A stretch of DNA of 63,904 nucleotides, filler included, from Folioceros fuciformis (taxonomy: Eukaryota): assembly GCA_049999805.1 (NCBI GenBank). It is 17 parts of 17 records of this genome, joined end to end, with 100 filler letters (N's around TTAATTAATTAA, not from the genome) between each part and the next. Parts side by side here need not be neighbours in the genome. Positions count along the whole stretch, not along the records: positions 35,360 to 38,701 come from JBNGIO010000537.1; positions 38,802 to 40,170 come from JBNGIO010000538.1; positions 40,271 to 41,360 come from JBNGIO010000539.1; positions 41,461 to 46,167 come from JBNGIO010000540.1; positions 46,268 to 48,937 come from JBNGIO010000541.1; 12 more parts are not named here. One strand, written 5' to 3'. The first letter of the stretch is position 1. Every line of letters starts with the position of its first letter. Both the position numbers and the translations under genes were made by a program. The notes beneath the pieces are model-generated. The model saw nothing but the letters and a program-made list of their open reading frames with translations, searched no databases and was not told the DNA's origin. This document shows positions 36,638 to 49,037 of this stretch, in pieces.

Positions 36638-37993
36638 TTGTTCATTGCTGGACGCTCCGCCTTCAGGGGCTACGAGTGCATTAGGCACATCTCAAGGATT
36701 CTAACAGGGCCTTCACACAAATATATGGGGTGGCCCTTTCAAGAGTTAGACGAGAATGGGGAAATTGGCAAGTACGTATGCCTCTATTTTATTCGGAAAG
36801 CAACAAGTCTAAGGCTCCTTGACATGAATTTGGTGGGCCGGATTGTGGTGATTAGCCATATCCTTACTAGCTCACTGTGGTACTGTTTATTCTTATGGGC
36901 TCCATCAAAGTAGGATTTGAAAAGGTTGCACCAAGTGATCTCAAACTTCCTTTGAAGCAAGACGGGGGATTTTTTCAGGAATAACCACAGAGTGGCTTGG
37001 CACCATATGATCCAACCCAAAAGAATAGAGGGGCTGGGTCTCGTTGACCCGGAATGCAAGATGAAGGCCCTGCATGCTCAATGGATTGTCAAGGCGGCGG
37101 ACCTGTCTCCCTACCCTTGGAAGTGTTTCCTCTTGCACCACCTTGATTGTACTCATGTTGTGCCCGAAGGTAGGAAAGCAGTGGAGAACATCCTTATAGA
37201 TCACCCCTTATTGGATGTGCGAGAGTGCTCCCCTCTCTTCAAGTCTATTTGGGCCAGCTACCTTGAGGTCAAAAGATTTATAATTCAAGCTCCAATTGGG
37301 GGTGTAGACAATATCTTGGGTCTTCCCTTATAGAGCTTTCAAGGGGTGTGGGAATCATAGATCAGACCTCATGTCTATCGCTACCAGATCCTAGGGGTAG
37401 CAAGCCATAAAGGTTTGTACCTGGTCAGTCATCTCTAGAACAGGTTAGAAGCGTGTTGGAAAGAATGGGAAGTGATTAGGGAGGAGTTCATAGTTCCATT
37501 GAAGCATATTCAGGCAATATTCTTGTGAATTCAAATAGGAAGGTGGAAAGCCCGCCAAGTGCTCGAGACTCAAGGGGTCATGTTTGATGGTGCGTGGGGG
37601 GCGTTTACCTGGGAGGCTGTAGAGGAGGAGTTTGATTTTGAGTTTGGGCATAACCACATGGAGCTTGATAGAGTAGTTTAGGTCTTGCTCAGTGGCAAGC
37701 GTTGATTGGCTAAATCCTTTAAAGTGCTCTCTCCCTCATGCGCTCTCGAGAAGGGTGGTCGTGAAGATAGAGAGGTTGGCTGTTCTCTTGCCAACTTTGA
37801 GAGCAAGAAGATGGCGCACCCCTTCTTTAAGGCTCCGACACTATGCTGGTTCCATATGTTGGAGAATTGGGCTTTGACACTTCGTCCTGACCTCTTTAGG
37901 TGGCCTACAAGGAAGAAGAATGGTGAAGCCAATTCCATGTCTTTCTTTAACTTCCATACTTCTCACGTGTATCATTGGCTGGTTTTCTCCTAG
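36638..37993 (+). mobile_element. LINE (L1/Tx1-like) ORF2 remnant, region after RT
   Basis: GRIVVISHIL.S.LWY...NFL..RVAW..MIQPK..GLGLVD..KALHAQW, the typical L1 post-RT pattern. Shares WF..ENWALT.RP.L..WP with 63498-63855. Confidence 0.75.
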
Positions 37994-38807
37994 AGGCTTA
38001 AAGAGCGCAAACTATTAAGGGTAATAAAAGATATCCTAACATAGATTAACCAATTATAACCTACTGCTAGTTAGGTTAAAGTGAATACACACTTTAGTAA
38101 GTATTTAAACATACACGATTTTGTATTTAATTAATTCATTCAATGTTTACAACAAGCTTCCGCTTATTATCAAGGTATCAAAGTTTTGGCTCTCTGATCC
38201 ATGCTGCTCAGTTGCACATAGGTTTAGGCTACTCTATAAAATAGAGCAGATGCTATATTCTAGATGAGACAAGGTGTCTTTTAACATAGCTTAGTGTGCA
38301 TTTATTTATGCACACTGAGCAATGTTGGAATGTCCACTAGACAGCATTTGATGAGTCTAGCTATGATGGGATCATTATACATATTAGACTATGTTTGTCC
38401 CATATGAGCAACATGGATGATGCATAGGTCTAGAAATAGGCATCATGTTCCATGTGTAGGGGAATTTAAAACTGAATTGACTTCTACCACAAACAAATAC
38501 CTTGAGGATTCTTCAAGGAGAATCTCTAAAAAAATCTCACGCAAGGCATTCAACCCAATATGTAGAGGAAAAAAATATTCGTGAACCCCTTTTTGAGTGA
38601 TGGATTTGGTCGATTTTGATTTTTTTTGTGGAAGTGCGAATGAAACGGCTTAGCTTGTGAATAAGACTTGGGTATTTATACCCAAAGTCTCCTTGGACCA
38701 TNNNNNNNNNNNNNNNNNNNNNNNNNNNNNNNNNNNNNNNNNNNNTTAATTAATTAANNNNNNNNNNNNNNNNNNNNNNNNNNNNNNNNNNNNNNNNNNN
38801 NTTTACT

Positions 38808-38944
38808 GTGGATACACAAAGTGTCTTATATACAAAATTGTTCAAGGGTCATGACCATTCATATAACTTAAACATATTTAACTAACAGCTAACAGCTGGT
38901 TCGTTTATAAGTAGCTAACCCTAAACGGGGTTCTACTCTAACAA
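38808..38944 (-). mobile_element. Short LTR-like segment
   Basis: TGTTAG...CCACA on the minus strand, with ttttgtatataag shared with the 42174-42284 LTR. No target-site duplication seen. Confidence 0.4.
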
Positions 38945-40423
38945 TTGTCAAATGGAAATCCTAACAAATCTATTAAGGGGGGGGTTCAGAGAAGACGAAC
39001 AAGCAGGATACAGGTGATCGGGGTGATCCAGTTGCAAAGGGAAGATTGGCTCAAGCAAGTGGTTATAGGGTGACACAGGATGTGGGGAACGGGGCGGAGC
39101 TCTCGTCTCAGGAGGAGTCCTTGGCACAGACCTTGGCCACGAATCCTCACCACCATGGTCTTCTGGAAACGGGCTTTGTTCTCCCAATCCTGCAGCCTGG
39201 TGGGGAGGTTGATGAAGAGCCGATGGTGCTATATGTCAGGGATCCTAGCACTGAGGTTGGGAGGCACAGATTGGCGAGTGTTTCAGGTGTGTGGCAAGAA
39301 CCCCTTTCCCCCAGGTCATTGGACAGATCCAACATGCGACTTCACGACTGTAGGACTTCCCCGGTGACGGATACTTCGAGGTGTGGAGAGGTGATGCGTA
39401 AACCGTTCACTGCGATGAAGGGGAAGGTGGAGAGGCCTGTGGAGAGCAAAGTCGTTGCAGTGGGGATCCATCGGGCAGACGGACCTCAAGGCTAGGAGGC
39501 GGATGTGAATTCTTTACAGACGAACAAGCAGGACGATTTTCCCACTCCCCTTGACGTAGATCGGTCTCGGGAGGCGGAGTGCTCACTGCCCGGCAACTCT
39601 CATCACGAGAACGCTCTGGCACGTTTTGAATCAGTCGCTGCTGCTAGGGAGGATGGCGAGAGGGGGGTGGAGTGCGACTCGAATTGTGGCTGGGTTGGGC
39701 AAGAGGAGCTGGGAGTGCAGGGCGAACACAGGATGGGAAGCCGAATATGGCTGCTTCCAAGCTTGCAACTGCTAAGAAGGAACATTCTTCTTCCGGGCAT
39801 GGGGCAGCTAAAATGGATCGTCTGGAGGAAGACTCTGTCAATAAGCAATTATCGATTCCTCAGGTGGTGGGCGATAGGACGGCTCCAGTGAGCCTGATCA
39901 AGGGGATTGGCCTTGTTTTTTCCGCTCAAGTTGTTGAGGAGGAAATGGGAAAGGATTTTCTCCAGGAGCCTCATGGGCCTCCATTGCCCCCTTCTACAAG
40001 GGGGAACCTGGCATTCCACAACGTACTGGTTCCGGGTACTCATTCTCTTGGGCTCGGGGGTGACCCCGGCCCGGTTGGAATCACAAGGCTAGGCACACAA
40101 ACGGCTTCCAGGCCTGTTGCCTTGAAAATGGTTTCAACATCTGTGTTTGCTACAGGAGCACGGAGGAGCANNNNNNNNNNNNNNNNNNNNNNNNNNNNNN
40201 NNNNNNNNNNNNNNTTAATTAATTAANNNNNNNNNNNNNNNNNNNNNNNNNNNNNNNNNNNNNNNNNNNNAATTGGAACCCTTCTCCTTCTCGCCGTCCT
40301 CGCACCTTGACTAGAAGATTATCTAGTCCTCCTGCGATGTTAAAGTCAACAAATCTGGCTGGTGATTGCTTTAAGGAGAAGGATCGTTTCAATGAAACTG
40401 ACTACGATATCTAAGTATTAAGG

Positions 40424-41360
40424 ATGCAAGGAGCACTCCAAAACCGGCGACTCTGGAAAATCACAAAGGGTGATGAGGAGCGACCGGATGATGATGATCT
40501 TGAAGCAACTAAAGCATGGTCAATCAAAAATGATACGACCATGTACCTTATTTGTAGTGGCCTAACATCTAACATGTTACGGCAGACTAGAGGGGCTAAG
40601 TTAGCAGTAGAAATTTGGACTCGTTTGGAGGACCTGTATTTAGCCGGAAATGTGGTGAGCGTTATGTTAGCTATGCGGAATTTTCAAAACTACAAGATGA
40701 AAGAGGGAGATTCAATTGAGAAACATGTTGGTGCATTTAGAGCATTGGCTGCCAAGTGTGAAAGTGCTTCTGGAGAGGTGATGGATGATCAGGACCTTTG
40801 TATGGCCCTCATGTTATCTCTACCCGAATCATGGTCTCATTTTGTGACATCACACACAGCTACTCAAACCCAAGCTGCTAGGCTAGCGAGACTCGCAAGG
40901 GTAGTCTTACCTTCAATGTCATTTGCTGAGCTAGTAGAAGCCCTTATGCAAAAGGAGGCAAGTCGGAGCCAACATCGACGTGCAGGGAAGCAACAGGCAC
41001 TATACACGTCTAATTACAATAAAAAGGGTGCAAGGCCAAGCTTTTGTGGTTCAAGTTCTGCAAACAAGGGAACTTCAAAATTTGGAAGTTTGCAGCAGAA
41101 GCCAAATAACCAGAATAATCAGAAAGCAAAGAGACTAGGTAATTGCAACTATTGTGGAATACCTAGTCATTAGGCACGTGACTGTAGGAAGAAGCAAGCC
41201 GCTGAGAATCGAAAGGACTCTTCAACTGGTGCATCCAGTCAAGTGGTAGTGAAGAAACAGCCTACTCCTTCTATTCTTACAGTTTTGACAAGGAAGAATA
41301 TTGTCATCTCACCAGTCCAGCCCATTAGCCTGTCAGCACATTCATTCACCCATCGTTCTA
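40424..41360 (+). mobile_element. Ty1/copia gag (UBN2-type) with zinc knuckle
   Basis: EIWTRLEDLY..KMKEGDSIEKHV..LSLPESW..CNYCGIPSH*ARDC (Trp to TAG). Resembles the gag at 34696-35259. Confidence 0.85.
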
Positions 41361-41604
41361 NNNNNNNNNNNNNNNNNNNNNNNNNNNNNNNNNNNNNNNN
41401 NNNNTTAATTAATTAANNNNNNNNNNNNNNNNNNNNNNNNNNNNNNNNNNNNNNNNNNNNTGTCATGACTCAGCGATGGTGGTGGAAGCTAAACCACCGT
41501 CGCGGAAAACCAAACGGCGGTAACGGAACCCGGACGGCCTGACAAGGATAAACCCATAAGAGAAAAGTCAAGTTTATTTTCAAATAGGAGCGCAACCGGG
41601 GTGA

Positions 41605-42173
41605 GTGGAGAGCAACCGAGGTGGACGAGCGACAGGCAGGAGCGCAATTGTGGCCAGCACAGGTAGGGGCAACACAGGAGTAGCCTTCGCGCTAAGGGTC
41701 GAAACGGCCTTCTGGCCAAACATGGAGCACTGGCGGGTTAGGGCCGGAGGACTGGTGGAGGAGTTGGGCCTCGGGTTCATGACCGAGCGTTGGAATCACG
41801 TAGCTCCAGGCTTGGTGCAGGAGTGTGCTCAGCGGCTGAGGAGGCCGGCCAGAGAAGAGGGGATCCGAGGGAACCCGCAGGAGTGGAACCTGGACATGGT
41901 GAGAAGGGTGTATGGACACAACATGGAGGAGGAAGGAGGACTCGTCCTCAAGTCCCTGAAGAAGAGGAGCACGGCAGCAGCGGCGCTAGCGCTGTTCAAA
42001 ACAGGAAGCCAATGGGTGGTTGGCCAAGGATCTGGCGACGGCCCAACTGAAGGGACTAGCGAGGTGGGTCCTTTGCTTCCTATATATTCGGAAGCAGGAC
42101 TGCCTCTCTGACTAGATGCTGCTATTCGTGCATGAGGTGGTCAAGGGTAGCCGGGTGGATTGGGGAAGGATCC
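41605..42173 (+). mobile_element. Unassigned repeat-family ORF, copy 2, cut by a copia LTR
   Basis: FWPNMEHWRVRAGGLVEELGLGFM..MLLFVHEVVKGSRVDWG ends at the LTR boundary 42174. Confidence 0.7.
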
Positions 42174-45100
42174 TGAAGAAAGAAGCTCTTATATACAAAA
42201 CTTGAGATCTCTCTTGAGTTAAACAGGAACTAAGTCAAGTCTATGAACTAAGGTATAAATTATGTTAGGGTTTCATTCCTAACACTCCCACTAAACCAAC
42301 ATGGTTTATACAACCATAAGTGGTTCATAAACATCATAGATCGCAACATCCAGTGAGAAACCGTACTCCCATCGTTTTCGGCATGGAGCTTCTGAATATC
42401 TTCCTTACATGTTGTGCTTGTTATCTGCTTAGCAGGTCGATTACTTGCTCAAAACTAAAGATGAAGACATGCTCTGGCGGCACAAGCCGCTCTAGGGCCT
42501 CCAACGGTGCCAGCCCTACTCAAAGTCCTTGGCGCATCAGCATGAAGAAAACTAGCAGCAACGGTGGAAGTGGAGCACGCGAACGTCCTGCAACATGCAG
42601 AGCAATCTTGCAAGTAGCTGAGCCTGCGACAGATGCCCTTCCAATCGCTAAGCGCTGCCCAGTGAGAGCTCTACCACCTGCTCCAACCTTGGTTGAGCTG
42701 GAGTCCTCAGAGTCTGAACCTGACATGATCCATATCGACGAAAATTCAGATGCTGTGGAGAGCTTCCCTCGTCGTCAAGCCAAAGATGGAGGAAGAGCTC
42801 CCACTGCACTTGTGCTGGAGCAGCAAGTTGCTGCTGTCATGGCAACTTTGGCTGAGATGGAGGCACTGCTAGACGTAAAGAGAGCTGAGGTAATTCGGCA
42901 GAAAGCAGCCCTGGTAGAGGAAGCTGTAAACAACTCAGCTGCCGCTGCCGACAAGATCTTCTACAACATAGAGGTCGATAGAGCCAAGAGAAACCGGGAC
43001 TGCAACGTGTGTACACACCATAGCCGTCTGTGCCCTCTCTGTGGGAAGAAATTAAGAGAGGTGAACTTCCTAACTAAACCTATTGCATGCCATTTCTACG
43101 TTTTGATTCCAAGTTAAGGCTTCATCCTCCAGACATGCATGTGGACATTGCTAACCTAAGCTTTGACCTTCCCTTGCATAATGGCTATAAGGCTGAAGCT
43201 GTTCCTCGTCGTAACAGTGGCAGTGGCCACTAAGGTGCACACATACTGTGTGTGAATAGCAGCAGTCTCCAGCTTTAGCCATAGCACTGCCTGGGACAGT
43301 CAGTTTGCTTTCTTAGAGTAGTTGAATGCCTTCAGACTCAAGGCAGCCATGTGCTGGAAATGTTTGGCCTTTGTGAGCCCTTTTGTGAAGATGTCTGCTG
43401 GGTTTTGATGAGTGCTTATATATTGCATCTTGATAGCTCCTCGTTCCGCAACATCCCTAATATAGTGATGGTACAATTCTATGTGCTTTGTACGTGCATG
43501 GAACCTAGGATTAGAAACAAGGGCTATAGCACTCAAATTTACACAGTGAAGCAAAGAAGGCTCTTTCTGAGTGTGATTTACTGACTCTAGGAACTGTCGT
43601 TGTCATTCAGCCTTCTTGCAGGCATCTGTAAGAGCTTTGTACTCCGCCTCAATCGAGGATAGAGCAAGGGAAGTTTGCTTCTTACAGCTCCAACTAACAG
43701 ATCTTGAGGACATCATGAAGCAATATGCCGACAGACTCCTACGAGTGTCAGCATCAAACGCCCAATCAGCATCAGCATAAGACATAAGTGTTAAACTATT
43801 GCTCCCACTGAATGTATAGTGAAGGCCATACGAGATGGTTCCTTTAAGGTATTTATATATGCCTTTAACAGCCGCCCAATATAACTGTCCAGGTTGTTTG
43901 AGGAATTGAGAAGCCTAGCTTTTTGCATAACTAATGTCTGGCCTTGTCCAATTTGCTAGAAAAATCAAGCAACCCACAGCTTCAGCGTAAGTCACAAGGC
44001 TCATGTCAGAAATCGCATCAGGACTTTGTGGTGACATGTCTTGTGTCAACTTCTCCCCCACAGCTGATGGTGTGACCACAAGACAAGCCGCATCCAAATT
44101 AAACTGCTTTAGGATTTCCTTAAGGTACTTTGTTTGATGTAGTATAATCTAACCTGCTTGACTATTTCTAAGAATCTGAATTCCTAAGCAAAACTGGAGT
44201 TCACCCTAGTCAGTCATTTCAAACTCCTGCCGTAACATGTCTTTAACCCCGTCCATCTGGCCTAGGTCATTACTAAGCAAGACACAGTCATCAACGTATA
44301 GTGCCAAGATGACAAACAGAGCACCTGAAGATAGATAAAAGACATTGGTATCCGCCGGACATTGAAGAAAACCCAACTTACACAGGTATTTTATAATTCG
44401 TTTATACCAAGCCCGAGGACTTTGCTTCAGCCCATAAATAGTTTTGAGAAGGTGACATACTTTCTTGGCATCCTTCTTACTAACGACCCCTTTGGTTGCT
44501 GCATGTACAACATTTCCTCAAGTTCACCATGAAGGAATGCTGTGCACACATCGATTTGGTGCACCTCCAAATCGTACTCAGCGGCCACTGCAAGTAAAAT
44601 TCGAATGGACGGGGACTTGACTACTGGGGAAAACGTCTCACCATAGTCTACCCCAGGGATTTGACTAAACCCCTTAGCTACTAATTTGGATTTGTAGCGT
44701 GCGATGGTCCCATCAGATTTCAACTTGGTCTTGAAGACCCACTTGCAGCTAATAAGCTTTCTTCGAACTGGTAGGTCAACAAGCTCCCATGTACTGTTGT
44801 TAATGAGACTATTATACTCGTCTTGTATAGATTTCCACTAGTGTTCTCCATCTGGTCCATTTAGAGCCTCTAAGTAGGTCTGAGGATCTGGTCTAACGTT
44901 TGGGACATGAAGATATGAGACATTTGTAGAAAGTCGACGAAAATCATGAGCTTGATAGGGTGGTTCCAACCAGTTTTCCCTTGTTTGTCATTCACGAGTT
45001 GGATATCTCGTTTCTGTCTGAATTACATCTCGATGACCTTCTTGTGCAAGATCACCAACATGAGAATCAACATTGGACAGCACATCATTCGAACCTTGCA

Positions 45101-45797
45101 TGGACTATCCATCCTCATCCATCACAACACGAGGACCATCCTCAGCATCTTGTCCAGAAGAATCCAGATCGTCTTCATCCAGGACAGGAGCGGCAAGAAA
45201 ATTGGCAAACAATTCCTCAGTCTGCTCATCTTCAGTGATGTTGCCATTACCCCGTACAACTTGATCAACATCCTCATGATCTTGTACTGTAGGTGAATCT
45301 TCATCTGAGACAAGATGCATGTAAGGAAGATCCAGAGAAGGATCTTCTTCTAGAGGAGATGTATCTCTAGATGGGTCAACAGGCAACTTAGGAGCAGACA
45401 ACTCTTTGAAAGTACAACTGCAAGATAAGGTTATTTTGGATGTTTGAGGGTCATATAACTTGTAAGCTTTAGACTCCTCAGAATACCCCATAAAGATTAA
45501 GGGTTTTGACCTATCATCTAACTTCCCTCTTCTAGCTTCAGGGATATAGGCAAAAGCCATGGAGCCAAAACCTCGAAGATGAAGAAAACTAGGTTTCCTG
45601 CCCTAGAAACCTTCCTATGGCATCATTCCTGGAAGAGCTGAAGTGATCACACGATTAAGGATATACGTGGCCATCACTACAGCCTTTGCCCAAAATTCTT
45701 TCGACAATGCGGCCCAAGAGAGCATACTTCTGGTTATCCCCATAAGTGTCTGGTTCTTGTGTTCAGCAATTCCGTTCTGCTGCTGGGTATAGGCAAC
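42174..45797 (-). mobile_element. Degenerate Ty1/copia element (integrase, RT, RNase H) with ~1-kb 3' region, PPT and ~111-bp 3' LTR (42174-42284)
   Basis: RGKLDDRS..GYS..YKLYDP, KSKLVAKG, DADWA..ALSSIEAEY, HARTKHI, with several stops and frameshifts. PPT agtgggag then TGTTAGG...CTTCA. Confidence 0.85.
42461..43117 (+). CDS. Antisense accessory ORF inside the copia 3' region: low-complexity N-terminus, coiled coil, C-terminal CxxC-x6-CxxC (218 aa from ATG 42461)
   Basis: Frame open from 42320 to 43117. MKTCSGG...LEQQVAAVMATLAEMEALLDVKRAEVIRQKAALVEEA...CNVCTHHSRLCPLCGKKL. Confidence 0.55.
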   Translation: MKTCSGGTSRSRASNGASPTQSPWRISMKKTSSNGGSGARERPATCRAILQVAEPATDALPIAKRCPVRALPPAPTLVELESSESEPDMIHIDENSDAVESFPRRQAKDGGRAPTALVLEQQVAAVMATLAEMEALLDVKRAEVIRQKAALVEEAVNNSAAAADKIFYNIEVDRAKRNRDCNVCTHHSRLCPLCGKKLREVNFLTKPIACHFYVLIPS

Positions 45798-46167
45798 TGT
45801 GCACCTCCAAAGTTTGGGGTAGTAGTTTGTTTTGGTTAAAAAAGGGTTAATAGTGGTATGGTTTGGTTTTCTTTTTCAACTTATTTTCCCTAATTTTCCT
45901 TGATTTTCTGGTCATTTTTCCTATTTTTCTGTGTGTTAATTATGTTAATTGACCAGGAAATAGTTAGCTTGGTTATAAGAGTGGGTATAGGTTTGGTCCC
46001 AGACCTGGGAAGGTTGAGGTTCGGTACCAGACCATAGGGTTGGGTGATTAGTTTAATATTAATTAAGATATAATATTAAATGATTAAATAATAATATAAT
46101 GATATAAAATAATATAATAATATTAAACATAGGAAGGGGTATCTGGGTGTGTCAGTGTCAGGGGTCA
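45798..46167. mobile_element. LTR-like terminus inserted into copia integrase; same family as 19919-20165
   Basis: Begins TGTGCACCTCC at the point where the copia integrase sequence stops. Confidence 0.75.
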
Positions 46168-46267
46168 NNNNNNNNNNNNNNNNNNNNNNNNNNNNNNNNN
46201 NNNNNNNNNNNTTAATTAATTAANNNNNNNNNNNNNNNNNNNNNNNNNNNNNNNNNNNNNNNNNNNN

Positions 46268-48808
46268 TCTCCTACCCCTCCGCTGATCGGGTAGATCTTC
46301 CCACAGGATCTCTATGTCACTACTACTGCTGAACCTTTTCGGCGGCGGCACAGGTGGGCCCCACCACTGAGAACCACTGTTTCCCCTCCTCCTCTGGTTA
46401 CTGAGGATGGCAACAGGCTCCTGTTCTACCCATCGTTGGGCCTCTTCTTCCGTCAACTCCTTCAGAATTGCCTCCGCGTAGCAATGGGGCAGGCCTGTCA
46501 TCCACCAGCTGTAGCGGTAGAGTCCCTTGCGGGTCCTCAAATGCAGGTCGTAGCCCCGCGTCCCTCATGTGCCCATACGTACATACAGAAACAGTTTAAG
46601 AACTCTGGCCCCTTCCACATAAAGACATGGCACATAGGAAGCCTCCTCCTCATACTGCAGCACAACCCGACCTTCTGTCATAAAGGAGGTGCTTACCCCT
46701 TCCTCCCTTGGGCTACCGTGGGCTATCTGTTCCCCATCTTTCTGGGGTACCTGAAGGTCCTTCACCCGTCCAGCTGTTGCTTCCTCCGGCTCTTTCCTTC
46801 TTGTGCGGATCAATCTCTTGGAGTGCCTAAGCTCAGACGCCTTCGCTGTTTCTTCCTTGGTTCCCAGGGCTGGTCCCTCGGCTACTCTAGGCTCAGCCGG
46901 GCTACCGGTAGCCCTGGCAAACTACTCGGCTACCGGTAGTCCGCTCGATTACAGGTTCCTTTGCTCGACTACCGGTAGCATCTTCAACTACCGGGGTCGC
47001 CGTTTGACTTGGGTGCCCAACCTTACCCTTCCCCTTCACTCTCTCTCTGGCTTCGTCTCGCTCTCGCTTGTACTTGTCAGCCAGCTTCTGGGCCTGTTCC
47101 ACGGTTGATATTTCCAGCTCTTGCACCTTGGCCATCTCTTGCTGTATCTCCAGGTTAGTCTCATGGGCCTCCCTCACATGAGCTAGTAGGATCCCCTATT
47201 GCTCCCTTAGCGCTTGGACCTTGGCCTTCGCCTGGCATACCTCTTCCTCAGCCTGTGCCCTCTCTTTATCCAGGACTCGCTATCTCTCCTCCAGCTGTTG
47301 CTGTGCCGCCTCCAATTCTGCCAGTAGCCTTCGGGCTTCAACCTCCTTCTGGCATGCCTCTGCTTCCTTCCCTCGGGCCTCGGCTTCCCGTTCCGCCTGC
47401 ACACTTAGCTAGGTCAATGCCCTAGCAGCCTGGTCCAGGAGATCTGCTTGGGCCTGTACCATCGCGGCAGTCAACCCTGGCAGATCCACCTCCTGCGTTT
47501 TTCCAGCAGTCATTCCCCTTGCCGTAGTCTACTTGCCTTGAAACTCCCTCAGCTTCTCCAGGTCTCCCACCTGCAGCCTATCCTTCTGAGGAATGCTCCT
47601 GAAGATTTCCTCCCATCCTGAAAAAAGCTCCTTGCGCCGAAACGTGCCCTAATTCACTCTCATGCCTGGGAGGAACTAACTCGGCGGCTAACATCTGCTC
47701 CTGAGACCCCCCCAGCTTTGCTTCATCCTGCCCCTACTCTTCCACTCCTTGATCCATAACCCCCTGATTAGCGAGCCCCTGTTCTACCTCCTATTCTTGT
47801 ACAACATGTTCCTCTACCTGACCTTTGGTTCGCTCCAGGGCTGTCTCCGGTGTCTCTGGCCTACTCCCTCCTCTCGTGCTCTGCCCGCTGACCCATCTCC
47901 TCTTGGCAAGGGTCTTCCCCTGAGCTGCTGTCCTCTTCTCAGGCCTGACGGGAACCTCCCCCTCCGAGCTGTCCCCACTCCCCGACACCCAACTGCTGGA
48001 GTCAACCTTCACTAGCTCAGCAGGCTTCCATTTTACATCCCTGATTGGCCTCCACATGTGCAGTGAAGCCAACACCTCTAGTTCCGACACCAGGTTAGCA
48101 TAACTATAAATGTGCACTAGAAATGGGGAAATCATCGAGGGCTGAGGAGAGGGCAGGGTCAAATTCTGCCTCTCCTCATCCATCCTGGCATACAGAATTT
48201 TTCCCCAATCAATCCTGGTCCCCTTCACTACCTCATGCACGAACAGGAGCATCTAGTCAGACAGATAATCCTGTTTGCGAACCTGGAGAAAACTAAGAAA
48301 CCACATGGCCAAACCCATCAACTGCGGGCTCGCCATGTTGAGAACCAACCATCCGTTAGCCTCCTTCTTCATGCCTGGTTTGAGCAGTCCTTCAGCGTCT
48401 CCCGCACCCCCCCCGTTTCCTCAAGGACTCCAGCACCAATCCTCCCTCTTCTCGCTGGTCACGGCCATACACCCTCCTCACTAGCTCCAGGTTCCACCCC
48501 TGCGGTCTGTAACTGATCCCCTTCTCACGGACAGGTTCCCTCAACCTCAGGGTGCACTCCTTGACCAATTGTGGCGCTGCGTGGTTCCACTTCTGGGTCA
48601 TGAAACCCAGACCCAATTCATCCACCAGCCCTCCTGCTCTGACCCTCCAGTGCTCCATGTTGGGCCACAAGAGTAGGTCAATCCAGGGAACAAGAGGTTC
48701 CCCCTCTTGCTCGGGTACTCCAGGCAGCAGTTCAGGATGTGACCTCATCCTGCCAATCTCCTTCTCGTGCTCCGGCTTCTGCAGTCCCTCCTCTCTCTCG
48801 CTGAGCAC
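46268..48808 (-). mobile_element. Unassigned repeat-family ORF, copy 3, degenerate
   Basis: Colinear with 27350-29860 throughout, with multiple stops and frameshifts. Confidence 0.7.
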
Positions 48809-49037
48809 TCGCTGCTTGCCTCGGCCCGTCCTGTTGCCTCAGCGTCTGCTTCCCTTCCAGCCGCCTTTACGCTCCCGGGTTAGTGCCCTTCACGTTTCGA
48901 AGACTAACTTAATTCCTCTCCAGACTTCCCTTTAGGANNNNNNNNNNNNNNNNNNNNNNNNNNNNNNNNNNNNNNNNNNNNTTAATTAATTAANNNNNNN
49001 NNNNNNNNNNNNNNNNNNNNNNNNNNNNNNNNNNNNN

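Noticed and set aside
38948-40170. ORFs in this contig as genes
   Set aside because: Short, low-complexity and overlapping. They may be a decayed LINE ORF1 tail, but I found no diagnostic motif.
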